Source: an uncultured Lachnospiraceae bacterium (lineage in GTDB: Bacteria > Bacillota > Clostridia > Lachnospirales > Lachnospiraceae). Taken from it: a DNA stretch of 64,000 nucleotides. Below, piece after piece: positions 47,611 to 55,584 of the stretch. Numbering within the stretch: the first letter of the stretch is position 1; each line of letters starts with the position of its first letter. The position numbers and the translations under genes were made by a program. The notes below the pieces were generated by a model. That model was not told the origin of the DNA. It saw only the letters and a list, made by a program, of their open reading frames with translations, and did no database searches. The stretch covers positions 5,482 through 69,481 of the forward strand of contig CAJTTZ010000011.1 in assembly GCA_910579505.1 (NCBI GenBank). The letters run 5' to 3'.

Positions 47611-49431
47611 ATGGTCATACAAAAGAGTCTGCTGAAACTGCGGCGTACGCCGGTCAGGACCATATTGTTTTTTCTCCTGGTGGGGTTTGCGACGGCGCTG
47701 CTTTCCACGGGCGGCGGGCTGTGGCGGATGTGCCGGGAGAATATGGCGCGATTCGAGGATATTTTCCAGACCATCGCCACGGTGGAACAGAAGCCGCAGC
47801 GGTATGTCAGGGAAGAAGTATGGCTGGCGGATCCGGGAGAGTATAAGACCGTAAATCGGGCGGAGTACGGGGATACGATTCCCCTGTCTGTCCTTTCCTT
47901 TGAGGGGGCGGACTATATCAGCGGGCCGGAGCGGAGGGGCTGGTATGCCGCCTATCTGCCGGATTACGAGATGATGGACGTAGGTATGGGAATCACAAGC
48001 CATATGGTTGTGGAGGCTTCCCCCGTGGAGGATGCGGTTCCCGCGGGTCCCATCAAGATGGAACTCAAAAATATACTGTACAGTTATTATCCCTATAATG
48101 CACCGATGTTTTATTACTGCGACCATTTCAATCCATCGCCAAAGATGCTGTATGCCGATAAGACTTATCTTATGTGTGTATATGACGGTCTTCCCCATGG
48201 CTGGCCGGAGGCAACGGGACCGCAGGAATACCTTCCCAGAGAGGCGATTGTGAGTACCCAGACCGGGCCGGAGGGGGCTGTTCTTCCCAATAATCTTTCC
48301 GGCAGCTCCATCGCGGAGGTGACGCCCGGTTTCTATGAGACGGAGGAGGGACAGCGGTGGCTGGCGCTGGCGCGGGAAATGGAGATGGGGATCTGGCGTT
48401 CTTCCCCTGTCACTGTCACGGATAACCTTGACCTGATTCCCATATTTTATGACGGATCTGTCAGTATCGTGGAGGGAAGGGAATTTACGAAAGAGGATTA
48501 CAGCGAGGGCAGAAGGGTCTGTCTGATTTCCCGCAAGTTTGCCAAACGAAACGACCTGAAAACGGGGGACGTCATGCATCTGCCGCTTCGCTATGGGGAT
48601 TACCGGGAGCCGAGTTCGGAGGCGTGCTGGAACGTCAAGTTGACGGCGGAGGGAATGAACTTCCCGGTCTTTGAGGAGGGTGACTGGGAAATATGCGGCA
48701 TTTACGATATGCTGCCCGGAGGCTTTGCAAAGAGCTCGTCCTACCGGCTGGATGACAATGAAATCATCATACCGAGGGCGTCCATCAAAAACAGCGACAG
48801 CGAGAATATTGCCGACTGGGGACCGATGAAGGGCTGGAATACCTCTTTTGAGATTCCAAACGGCACGATCTCCCACTGGAAGGAACTGTGGGAAAAACAG
48901 GGAATCGAGGGGCTGGAGATTACCTTTTATGACAAGGGCTACAGCGTTTTGGAGGACGGGATCAAGCGGATGAAGAAGATGGCGCTCATCCTGCTCGTGG
49001 CAGGAGCGGTCAGCGTTATTTGCGTCCTGCTTTTCTTCTGCCACATGTTTATCACGAAGCAGAGCGTGGTGACGGCCGTGGAACGGTCGCTTGGCATGAC
49101 AAAGAGACAGTGCGCGGGATCGCTTTTGACGGGAATTGCGCTGTTAGCCCTGTGCGGCGGTATTCTCGGCGGCATTGGCGGCTATTACTGCGCGGGGAAG
49201 GCGGCCGGACAGCTTACGCAGGTGGAACGCTTTGACCGAAATTTCAGCACAGGTATGACACAGGGGCAGGATGAGGAGGAGAAAACAGACTATATTCTGG
49301 AAGGGAACTGGCGTGTGGGCGCGGCAGCGGGTACGGCGGTTGTGGTACTGGCGGTGGGAATCGCTTCCGCTATGATCTGTGCCAGCCTGCGGCGGGAACC
49401 TCTGGCGCTGCTTAGCGGCAGGGAAGAATGA
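47611..49431 (+). CDS. FtsX/MacB-type ABC transporter permease (large extracytoplasmic domain)
   Basis: 606 aa with an N-terminal TM segment, a ~430-aa external domain and a C-terminal FtsX module. Confidence 0.8.
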   Translation: MVIQKSLLKLRRTPVRTILFFLLVGFATALLSTGGGLWRMCRENMARFEDIFQTIATVEQKPQRYVREEVWLADPGEYKTVNRAEYGDTIPLSVLSFEGADYISGPERRGWYAAYLPDYEMMDVGMGITSHMVVEASPVEDAVPAGPIKMELKNILYSYYPYNAPMFYYCDHFNPSPKMLYADKTYLMCVYDGLPHGWPEATGPQEYLPREAIVSTQTGPEGAVLPNNLSGSSIAEVTPGFYETEEGQRWLALAREMEMGIWRSSPVTVTDNLDLIPIFYDGSVSIVEGREFTKEDYSEGRRVCLISRKFAKRNDLKTGDVMHLPLRYGDYREPSSEACWNVKLTAEGMNFPVFEEGDWEICGIYDMLPGGFAKSSSYRLDDNEIIIPRASIKNSDSENIADWGPMKGWNTSFEIPNGTISHWKELWEKQGIEGLEITFYDKGYSVLEDGIKRMKKMALILLVAGAVSVICVLLFFCHMFITKQSVVTAVERSLGMTKRQCAGSLLTGIALLALCGGILGGIGGYYCAGKAAGQLTQVERFDRNFSTGMTQGQDEEEKTDYILEGNWRVGAAAGTAVVVLAVGIASAMICASLRREPLALLSGREE

Positions 49432-49499
49432 AAAAGGCTTTCATGCGGCAGGAGGGGATTGCAATTATGGTGGAAAACGCGAAAAATTCCGCAAGCCTC

Positions 49500-49528
49500 T
49501 TGACATTTATCCCAAAACTATATATAAT
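49500..49528 (+). promoter_or_regulatory. consensus sigma-70 promoter of the tRNA gene
   Basis: TTGACA (49500-49505), a 17-nt spacer, then TATAAT (49523-49528). Confidence 0.65.
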
Positions 49529-49581
49529 TTCCTATGTTGTCGAAGTAATAAGCCATATGGCATGCTACAACGGCAATGTAT

Positions 49582-49655
49582 GTGCGCTTAGCTCAGCTGG
49601 ATAGAGCGTTTGGCTACGGACCAAAAGGTCGGGGGTTCGAATCCTCTAGCGCACG
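49582..49655 (+). tRNA. tRNA-Arg (anticodon ACG)
   Basis: It folds by hand as a cloverleaf: acceptor GTGCGCT/AGCGCAC, D arm GCTC-AGCTGGATA-GAGC, anticodon arm TTTGG-CTACGGA-CCAAA, variable loop AGGTC, T arm GGGGG-TTCGAAT-CCTCT. No CCA is encoded. Confidence 0.9.
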
Positions 49656-49657
49656 GT
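49639..49657 (+). repeat. 19-bp direct repeat, copy 1 (tRNA 3' end; attL-like)
   Basis: gaatcctctagcgcacggt is identical to 50399-50417. Confidence 0.95.
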
Positions 49658-49665
49658 GGTTAGAA

Positions 49666-49707
49666 AAAGCGGAAATGCCGATAGATGCGGCGTTTCCGCT
49701 CTTTTTG
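49666..49707 (+). terminator. hairpin terminator after the tRNA
   Basis: agcggaaa (49668-49675) pairs with tttccgct (49693-49700), followed by cttttt. Confidence 0.65.
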
Positions 49708-49803
49708 TTCAAAGTATCGTATTTTGGTGTATGATGTAGCTGCGATTTGTGTTAGAATAAAAAAACAGGGATAAGGGGATATAAGGGAGGGCAGAATACA
49801 GAC

Positions 49804-50175
49804 GTGAGAGTGTACTTAGATAATTGCAGCTATAATCGTCCTTATGACGATCAGTCTCAAATGCGTATTCATCTGGAAACACAGGCTAAGCTTCATATAC
49901 AGGATATGGTAAGGGCGGGAAGGGTAGAGCTTGTGACGTCATATGTTCTTGATTTTGAGAATAGCAATAACCGTTCCATGCAAAAGAAGATGACGATTGA
50001 AAAGTTTATGAAAGATTATGCTGCACTATATGTCAGTAACAGAAATGAGGAAGAAATTGCAGCAAATTGTAATTATTTTATTACGACGGATGATCGGCTT
50101 TTAAAATATCAGTCTGAAAAAGTGGATTTGGTAACGCCGGAGGAATTTATCAGAAGAATGGAGGCGGATGATTGA
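49804..50175 (+). CDS. PIN-like (VapC-like) putative toxin
   Basis: 123 aa. The N-terminal VYLDNCSYNRPYDDQ and C-terminal FITTDDRLL acidic clusters are arranged as in PIN-fold nucleases. It uses a GTG start. The family assignment is from memory and has not been searched. Confidence 0.45.
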   Translation: MRVYLDNCSYNRPYDDQSQMRIHLETQAKLHIQDMVRAGRVELVTSYVLDFENSNNRSMQKKMTIEKFMKDYAALYVSNRNEEEIAANCNYFITTDDRLLKYQSEKVDLVTPEEFIRRMEADD

Positions 50176-50399
50176 TGGCTAATGCAGTAAAGATTTTAGA
50201 TCAGGGCTTTGCCTGTCTTGTAGATCACTTGGGCGTGATTGATGCGGAGTATTTTATCTCCCTAATCAAAAGAGACGATTTTGATTATACCGTATGGCAA
50301 CGCGAATATTTTGACAAAATGGAGGCAGGGGAGTTTGCGAAAAAGGCATCGGCCTATGCCGACGCACATCCCTACGATGGGAAGGCACAGGTGTTATAG
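50175..50399 (+). CDS. small partner protein (putative antitoxin)
   Basis: 74 aa. Its ATG overlaps the upstream TGA (TGATG). Its stop, TAG at 50397-50399, abuts the attR-like repeat. Confidence 0.45.
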   Translation: MANAVKILDQGFACLVDHLGVIDAEYFISLIKRDDFDYTVWQREYFDKMEAGEFAKKASAYADAHPYDGKAQVL

Positions 50400-50417
50400 A
50401 ATCCTCTAGCGCACGGT
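50399..50417 (+). repeat. 19-bp direct repeat, copy 2 (attR-like)
   Basis: gaatcctctagcgcacggt. The flanking bases differ from copy 1 on both sides, so the repeat is exactly 19 bp. Confidence 0.95.
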
Positions 50418-50421
50418 ATGC

Positions 50422-50457
50422 CGCCACAGCCGAATCAATCGGTTGTGGCGCTTTTTA
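50422..50457 (+). terminator. hairpin terminator after the second repeat copy
   Basis: cgccacagccga (50422-50433) pairs with tcggttgtggcg (50439-50450), followed by cttttta. Confidence 0.7.
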
Positions 50458-50467
50458 TGCCCTGATC

Positions 50468-50689
50468 CTATAAGGTATCTAAAAATTCTAAAAGCATTTG
50501 GGCTTCTTCCTCAGTAATACCTTCCCCATAGCGGAAACAGTGGCTTCGATATTTACATTTTTTGTTTTTGCAGGATATCATGCCCCGGCATTTGAAAAGA
50601 TGCCATAACCAGGCAATGTTTTCAATAAGAAAAATTACAAAAGAAATAGTCAGCCAAACATATTCGAACAACCGAATGAATATAATCAT
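50468..50689 (-). CDS. small membrane protein with C-terminal four-Cys cluster
   Basis: I prefer ATG 50689 (RBS gaggt about 9 nt upstream), giving 73 aa: MIIFIRLFEYVWLTISFVIFLIENIAWLWHLF, then CRGMISCKNKKCKYRSHC. It lies in a very AT-rich segment. Confidence 0.4.
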   Translation of the reverse strand: MIIFIRLFEYVWLTISFVIFLIENIAWLWHLFKCRGMISCKNKKCKYRSHCFRYGEGITEEEAQMLLEFLDTL

Positions 50690-50903
50690 ATATAGTAACC
50701 TCGTTTTGTAGTATGTGATATAATTATACACTATACATACAATGTGTATAGTGAAAGTGTTAAAATAAACCTTCTCTAAATATAATGTACATAAGTAAAC
50801 ACAAATTGACATTATTTCATTTTTATTGCAATTCTATTGGCAATAAATTATAATACTTATAGTGTTTCAGACAAAAAGATAAATTATGAGGGAGAGAAGA
50901 AAA

Positions 50904-51218
50904 ATGGACGGAAACAATTTTGTAACCAATACTTCAAATGGCAATGAGCCCGGGAAGGGCGCTGCAATAGCAAGTCTGGTGTTGGGCATTGTCTCTATCG
51001 TCAGCTGGTTTTTTGGAATGGGTGCGCTGATTGGCCTGATTACGGGTATTGTCGGGCTGGTGTGTGCGTCCAATGCGAAAAAGGCAGGCTTTGTCGGCGG
51101 AATGAGGACGGCGGGCTTTGTGTGTTCCCTGATTGGTGTGATCGGGAGTACGCTCGTCTTCGTGGCATGTGTGGCATGCGTTGGCGTTCTGGGAACCGCA
51201 GGCGCTTTGATGAATTAG
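50904..51218 (+). CDS. DUF4190-like small membrane protein
   Basis: MDGNNFVTNTSNGNEPGKGAAIASLVLGIVSIVSWFF... has two or three TM segments. The start is at ATG 50904 after gagggagagaag. Confidence 0.6.
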   Translation: MDGNNFVTNTSNGNEPGKGAAIASLVLGIVSIVSWFFGMGALIGLITGIVGLVCASNAKKAGFVGGMRTAGFVCSLIGVIGSTLVFVACVACVGVLGTAGALMN

Positions 51219-51236
51219 TTTTTTGGTTTTTGGAAA

Positions 51237-52016
51237 ATGAGTACGGTATTGAACAGTATAAATGCTTATGGCTTGTGCGGAGCGGCCGGTTTCCTTATGG
51301 GAATCGGCTACTTGTTCTTTATTACAAGGATAAAATCCGAGGATTTTAGTGATTTCGTTTATGTCTATGTCTGGGCGGCGATAGGTGCGGTTATTGGCGC
51401 GAAGATTCTCTATATTTTACTTGAGGTCCCATGGATCTTGCGAAATGCAGGAAGCGGAGGCGCGAATCTGCGGCAATATCTCAGAATCATGATAAGCAGC
51501 GGATTTGTGTTTTACGGCGGGCTGTTTGGCGCGGTATTTGCCGTAAAGACTGCATCCCGGTACTTTTCGCTTGATTTTGTCAAAACGCTTTCCCTTCTGA
51601 CCCCGGCTATGCCGTTGGCACATGCGTTTGGGAGAGTGGGGTGTGCGGTCGTCGGGTGCTGCTATGGCAGGCAGACGCGGATGTGTATAGGGATAAGCTA
51701 TGCGGATTCCGTGTACGCCCCGAACGGTGTTCGGCTGGTTCCTGTCCAGGCGATGGAGGCTTTTGCCGATCTGGTGATTTTTGGCGTACTTGTATGGGTT
51801 CTCCTGAAAAAGGCGGACGCACATAAGTCTCCCGGGATTTTTGAGAGGTATCTCGTGATGTATGCCTGTGTCAGGTTTTTGTTGGAATTTCTGAGGGGAG
51901 ATTCTGTCAGAGGTCATTTATGGCTGTTTTCGACATCACAGTGGATCAGCATGGCCATTCTTTTTCTGTTAGGGATTCATAAAGTTTTTATAAGGAGACA
52001 ACTTGGGCGGGAATGA
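51237..52016 (+). CDS. lgt: prolipoprotein diacylglyceryl transferase
   Basis: 259 aa, a polytopic membrane protein with the HAFGRVGCAVVGCCYGR signature. Confidence 0.85.
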   Translation: MSTVLNSINAYGLCGAAGFLMGIGYLFFITRIKSEDFSDFVYVYVWAAIGAVIGAKILYILLEVPWILRNAGSGGANLRQYLRIMISSGFVFYGGLFGAVFAVKTASRYFSLDFVKTLSLLTPAMPLAHAFGRVGCAVVGCCYGRQTRMCIGISYADSVYAPNGVRLVPVQAMEAFADLVIFGVLVWVLLKKADAHKSPGIFERYLVMYACVRFLLEFLRGDSVRGHLWLFSTSQWISMAILFLLGIHKVFIRRQLGRE

Positions 52017-52033
52017 CATCCCGCCCTTTTTTT
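52005..52033 (+). terminator. rho-independent terminator overlapping the lgt stop
   Basis: gggcggga (52005-52012) pairs with tcccgccc (52019-52026), followed by a T7 run. Confidence 0.8.
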
Positions 52034-52044
52034 CTAAACAGGTA

Positions 52045-52094
52045 TTGACAAATTGTTCATACTGTATATAATGATATATATACAGTATATACTG
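52045..52094 (+). promoter_or_regulatory. promoter with overlapping palindromic operator (GntR/YtrA-type)
   Basis: TTGACA is at 52045-52050 and TATAAT at 52067-52072 (16-nt spacer). An 11-bp inverted repeat pairs tactgtatata (52060-52070) with tatatacagta (52077-52087). There is also a perfect 12-bp palindrome cagtatatactg (52083-52094). Confidence 0.6.
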
Positions 52095-52145
52095 ATGGCG
52101 TAACCTGTGACGACAGGAAGCGCAGAGGAGTAAGGGAGGTATACA

Positions 52146-52517
52146 TTGAAGATTATCATATCGAACCAGTCGGAGCTGCCGATTTATGCGCAGATCAGGG
52201 AGCAGCTCAAGGAACAGATTTTAAACGGACAGATCCCGGAGGGAGAAACCCTTCCCTCTATACGCCAGCTGGCAAAGGAGGTGGGGGTCAGTGTGATTAC
52301 AACGACCCGTGCCTACAGCGAGCTGGAAGCGGAGGGTTTTATCGCTACCATGCAGGGCAAGGGCAGTGTAGTGCTTCCTACGGATAACAATCTGCTGCGG
52401 GAGCAGTACCTTCTGCGGATCGAGGAAGGGCTGTCCACGGCGATAGAGACGGCGAAAACGATGGGGATGTCCAAAGACGAACTGACGGATATTTTTCATA
52501 ACTTATTGGAAACATAG
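52146..52517 (+). CDS. GntR-family (YtrA-subfamily, short) transcriptional regulator
   Basis: 123 aa from a TTG start after aagggagg, with the wHTH LPSIRQLAKEVGVSVITTTRAYSELEAEGFI. Confidence 0.85.
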   Translation: MKIIISNQSELPIYAQIREQLKEQILNGQIPEGETLPSIRQLAKEVGVSVITTTRAYSELEAEGFIATMQGKGSVVLPTDNNLLREQYLLRIEEGLSTAIETAKTMGMSKDELTDIFHNLLET

Positions 52518-52593
52518 AGTCTCAAAAAGGAAACTTGTCACAAACTTGGTTAATGCGCCGGTTCAACATAGTTGAGATAAAAGCAGCGCAGAA

Positions 52594-53460
52594 ATGGAGA
52601 AAACGATGGAACTGCTGGAAGTAAAAAACTTGTCGAAGCACTATAAAAACTTTGACTTAAAGAATATCAGCTTTACCCTGCCAAAAGGCTATATCATGGG
52701 GTATGTGGGGGCGAACGGCTCCGGGAAAACGACTACCTTGAATCTGATCACGGGCATCCTCAAAGGTACGGACGGCAAGGTGCATATCGACGGGCTGTCC
52801 CGCGAGGAAAACGAGCAGGCTTACAAGGATAAAATCGGTTATGTGGGGGATGAGTCCTATTTCCCCGACCACTTTAAAATCAAACATATCCGCGTCATAT
52901 TGAAGGACTTTTATCCGACGTTTTCCGCGGATAAGTTCAACGGCTTTATCCGGGACTGGAACCTGCCGGAAAATAAGCTGATTAAGGATTTTTCCAGAGG
53001 CATGAAAGTGATGCTCATGTTTGCGTCGGTGCTTGCCAGAGACACGAAGCTGCTTGTGCTGGACGAAGCCACCAACGGGCTTGACCCGGTGATGCGGACC
53101 CAGATCCTGAAGCTTTTGCAGGAGTATGTGATGGACGGGGAGCGGAGCGTTATTTTTTCCACCCACATCTTAAGCGACCTGGAACAGATTGCGGATTATA
53201 TTTACTTTATTCACAAGGGCAGGACGGTCCTCTACGACGCGAAGGATGAACTGATAGAAAATTTCCTTCTGGTAAAAGGCGAGAGCGCAAAGATTCCGCC
53301 GGCGCTTAAGAAGGAACTGATCGGGCTGGAGGAGAACGCTTACGGATTTGAGGCGATCCTGCCAAGCGATAAGGCGGAGCTTCTGGGGAGCGCGTTTCTC
53401 TTTGAGAAGCCGACGATAGACCAGATTGTCATCCACTATATCATGTCAGCAGGAAAGTAA
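52594..53460 (+). CDS. ABC transporter ATP-binding protein
   Basis: It has Walker A (GANGSGKTT), a degenerate signature FSRGMK, and Walker B (LLVLDEATNGLD). An alternative start at 52606 is possible. Confidence 0.9.
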   Translation: MEKTMELLEVKNLSKHYKNFDLKNISFTLPKGYIMGYVGANGSGKTTTLNLITGILKGTDGKVHIDGLSREENEQAYKDKIGYVGDESYFPDHFKIKHIRVILKDFYPTFSADKFNGFIRDWNLPENKLIKDFSRGMKVMLMFASVLARDTKLLVLDEATNGLDPVMRTQILKLLQEYVMDGERSVIFSTHILSDLEQIADYIYFIHKGRTVLYDAKDELIENFLLVKGESAKIPPALKKELIGLEENAYGFEAILPSDKAELLGSAFLFEKPTIDQIVIHYIMSAGK

Positions 53461-53495
53461 ATGCGGCCGGCATAACCAGGAGAGGAGAGTTTGAA

Positions 53496-54191
53496 ATGAG
53501 AGCATTACACTTTATGAAAATAGATTATATGTTGACAAGGAAACAGATGTATTTCATGCCGTTGATCTTTGTTATGGCATGGGTTGTGGGCATGGGCGCA
53601 GCCGAAGGCGCAATGTCCCTGCTGGTGACATGTTCTTATACGTTTTTTGTGGCTTCCATATTTTCTACGGCGCCTTTTGGATATTGCGTCGGGAAGAACA
53701 GGGGATTTTTACTGCTGCTTCCCGCGACGGTAAAAGAGAGGGTGGCGGGGCGGTTTCTGTACGGGCTGTCCTTCGTGGCATTGCTGGGGATTCTCTGCGC
53801 TGCCCTGTGGGGCGTGTATGCGCTGATGGGCTGTGAACTCCCGCTCTGGACAGTGGCAATTGGGCTTTGCGAGCTGGCAGTCGGGATTCTGATTATGGCG
53901 TTAGAGTTTCTTTTCTTCTATCTCTTCGGGGAGGGAAAAGAAAACTGGCAGTACCTGAGCAATATTGTGAGAATTGCGCCGGGGATGGCGATGTTTTTCG
54001 GCATGAGCTATTTTGTAGGCGAGATTGATGAAATACAGAGCACAACGGATGCCGGGACAGGGATTGACCTGGAGGCAATGGCGGGAAAATTTATGCAGGC
54101 GGGCGTGGCGGCAATCGTGGCGTCCCTGCTCCTGACGGCGGTGGCGGCTGCTGTCTGCGTGAAGGCAATCGGGAGACGGGACTATGCGTAA
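53496..54191 (+). CDS. ABC-2-like integral membrane protein
   Basis: 231 aa with about 6 hydrophobic segments, directly following the ATPase. Confidence 0.6.
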   Translation: MRALHFMKIDYMLTRKQMYFMPLIFVMAWVVGMGAAEGAMSLLVTCSYTFFVASIFSTAPFGYCVGKNRGFLLLLPATVKERVAGRFLYGLSFVALLGILCAALWGVYALMGCELPLWTVAIGLCELAVGILIMALEFLFFYLFGEGKENWQYLSNIVRIAPGMAMFFGMSYFVGEIDEIQSTTDAGTGIDLEAMAGKFMQAGVAAIVASLLLTAVAAAVCVKAIGRRDYA

Positions 54192-54350
54192 AGCGAAGCA
54201 GAGTGGGCACAAAATGGGAAAATACGGAAAAGAGTAAAAATATTTCTTCATATGCTTGCAAAACACTGTAGAATACTGTAAAATAGTGACGTTATAGACT
54301 GGCAGTTATATAGCCGGAGGCAAAGTTTTCAAGTGTGAAGGAGAGAAATC

Positions 54351-54824
54351 ATGGAAAGAGTTTGGACTGTAACCGACAGCATGGGCAATCTGCACCAGAT
54401 TATGTTCAAGAGGGGCGCGTTTGGCGGCGCGAAGTGTATCGTAGACGGAGATACATACAAGATGAAATCTAAAAACTGGGTCATCTGGATGGCGGATCAT
54501 CAGATCAGCATTCCCGGAGCAGAGTGTAATCTTGTAGTGATTGGAAACAAGATACGTCTGGCGGTGAATGGCACTTACTTAGAGGACGGCACGCCTTATG
54601 AGCCGATCAGGAATATTCCGGTATGGCTGAATGTGTTAGTAGGTATCAACGCAGTTTTCGCGGTGTTTATGTATGGTATGATCGGTCTTGCCATCGCTGT
54701 GCTGCTGGATCTTCTGACTTATAAAATGGCGCTGAGCAAGAAAGTTAATGTGGCTATGATTATTCAGATCGTGTTATTGGTAGTTTTGGTGTTAATCACG
54801 GTTGGTGTTTTTATGATAGCGTAG
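54351..54824 (+). CDS. hypothetical membrane-anchored protein
   Basis: 157 aa with a soluble N-terminal ~95 aa followed by two TM segments. The RBS is gaaggagag. Confidence 0.5.
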   Translation: MERVWTVTDSMGNLHQIMFKRGAFGGAKCIVDGDTYKMKSKNWVIWMADHQISIPGAECNLVVIGNKIRLAVNGTYLEDGTPYEPIRNIPVWLNVLVGINAVFAVFMYGMIGLAIAVLLDLLTYKMALSKKVNVAMIIQIVLLVVLVLITVGVFMIA

Positions 54825-54849
54825 GGATAGAAAGAGGAGAGGCGTAACG

Positions 54850-55365
54850 ATGGACGAGAATACGAACTACGGATATAACGACGGAAATTATAATAATCAG
54901 GGAGCGGACGGCGGACAGCAGTACGGACAGAACGATCAGCCCTATGCGAACGGACAGCAGTACGGACAGAATAACCAGCCTTACGGGAACGGGCAGCAGT
55001 ATAGTCAGGGTGCGTATGGCCAGGCGCCTCAGTTTACACAGGTGCCTTATGGCGCGCAGCAGCAGTACAATCAGCAGAGCTTCGGACAGCCGGTGAAGGC
55101 GGTCGTATATGACGCTGTGCCGGACAAAATGCATGGGGCGTCTGTGGCGTCGCTTGTTTGCGGTATTCTCGGACTGGTATTTTTCTGGATTCCCATTGTG
55201 GACATTGGCTTATGTCTGGCGGGTCTGATCTGCGGTATTGTTTCCCTTGTCAAGGGGTTCGGCGGCAAGGGCCTTGCGATTACGGGCCTGATCCTTTCTG
55301 TACTTGCAAGTATTTTGACGTTGATCTTTTTCTATTTCTTTGCGTTGGGCATGATGTTGATGTAA
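54850..55365 (+). CDS. DUF4190-like membrane protein with Q/G/Y/N-rich low-complexity N-terminus
   Basis: GQQYGQNDQPYANGQQYGQNNQPYGNGQQYSQGAYGQ repeats are followed by TM segments resembling those of 50904-51218. Confidence 0.6.
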   Translation: MDENTNYGYNDGNYNNQGADGGQQYGQNDQPYANGQQYGQNNQPYGNGQQYSQGAYGQAPQFTQVPYGAQQQYNQQSFGQPVKAVVYDAVPDKMHGASVASLVCGILGLVFFWIPIVDIGLCLAGLICGIVSLVKGFGGKGLAITGLILSVLASILTLIFFYFFALGMMLM

Positions 55366-55584
55366 GTATGCGAAGCGCTATGGAACAGGAAAAGTGGAAA
55401 TCCAAAAGAACTGGGCGGTAATATATATGTCATCAAAGACTCTCTGTGAAATACAGGGGGTCTTTTTTTCGTGGTTGAAACTTTTGGGCCGTCTGAATCG
55501 TATTGTATATAGGACGGCAAAAAGAAGTATGTTAAGATATAGATATCTATAGACGACAGACTGACAAGAAGGACGCATGAGGGG

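Larger units (their letters stand above)
49639..50417 (+). mobile_element. integrase-less ~0.76-kb islet bounded by tRNA-derived direct repeats (CIME-like remnant)
   Basis: Perfect 19-bp repeats of the tRNA-Arg 3' end bracket two small overlapping ORFs. Each repeat is followed by its own hairpin terminator. Confidence 0.6.

Noticed and set aside
47566-49044. 492-aa minus-strand ORF
   Set aside because: It is antisense to the FtsX-type permease gene. The sequence is R/H/P/L-rich with no motifs, so it is a shadow ORF.
49804-50175. Idea that the PIN-like ORF is internally deleted relative to its family
   Set aside because: This rests only on my recollection of longer homologs. 123 aa is a normal PIN-domain length, and both acidic clusters are present. 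It cannot be supported without an alignment.
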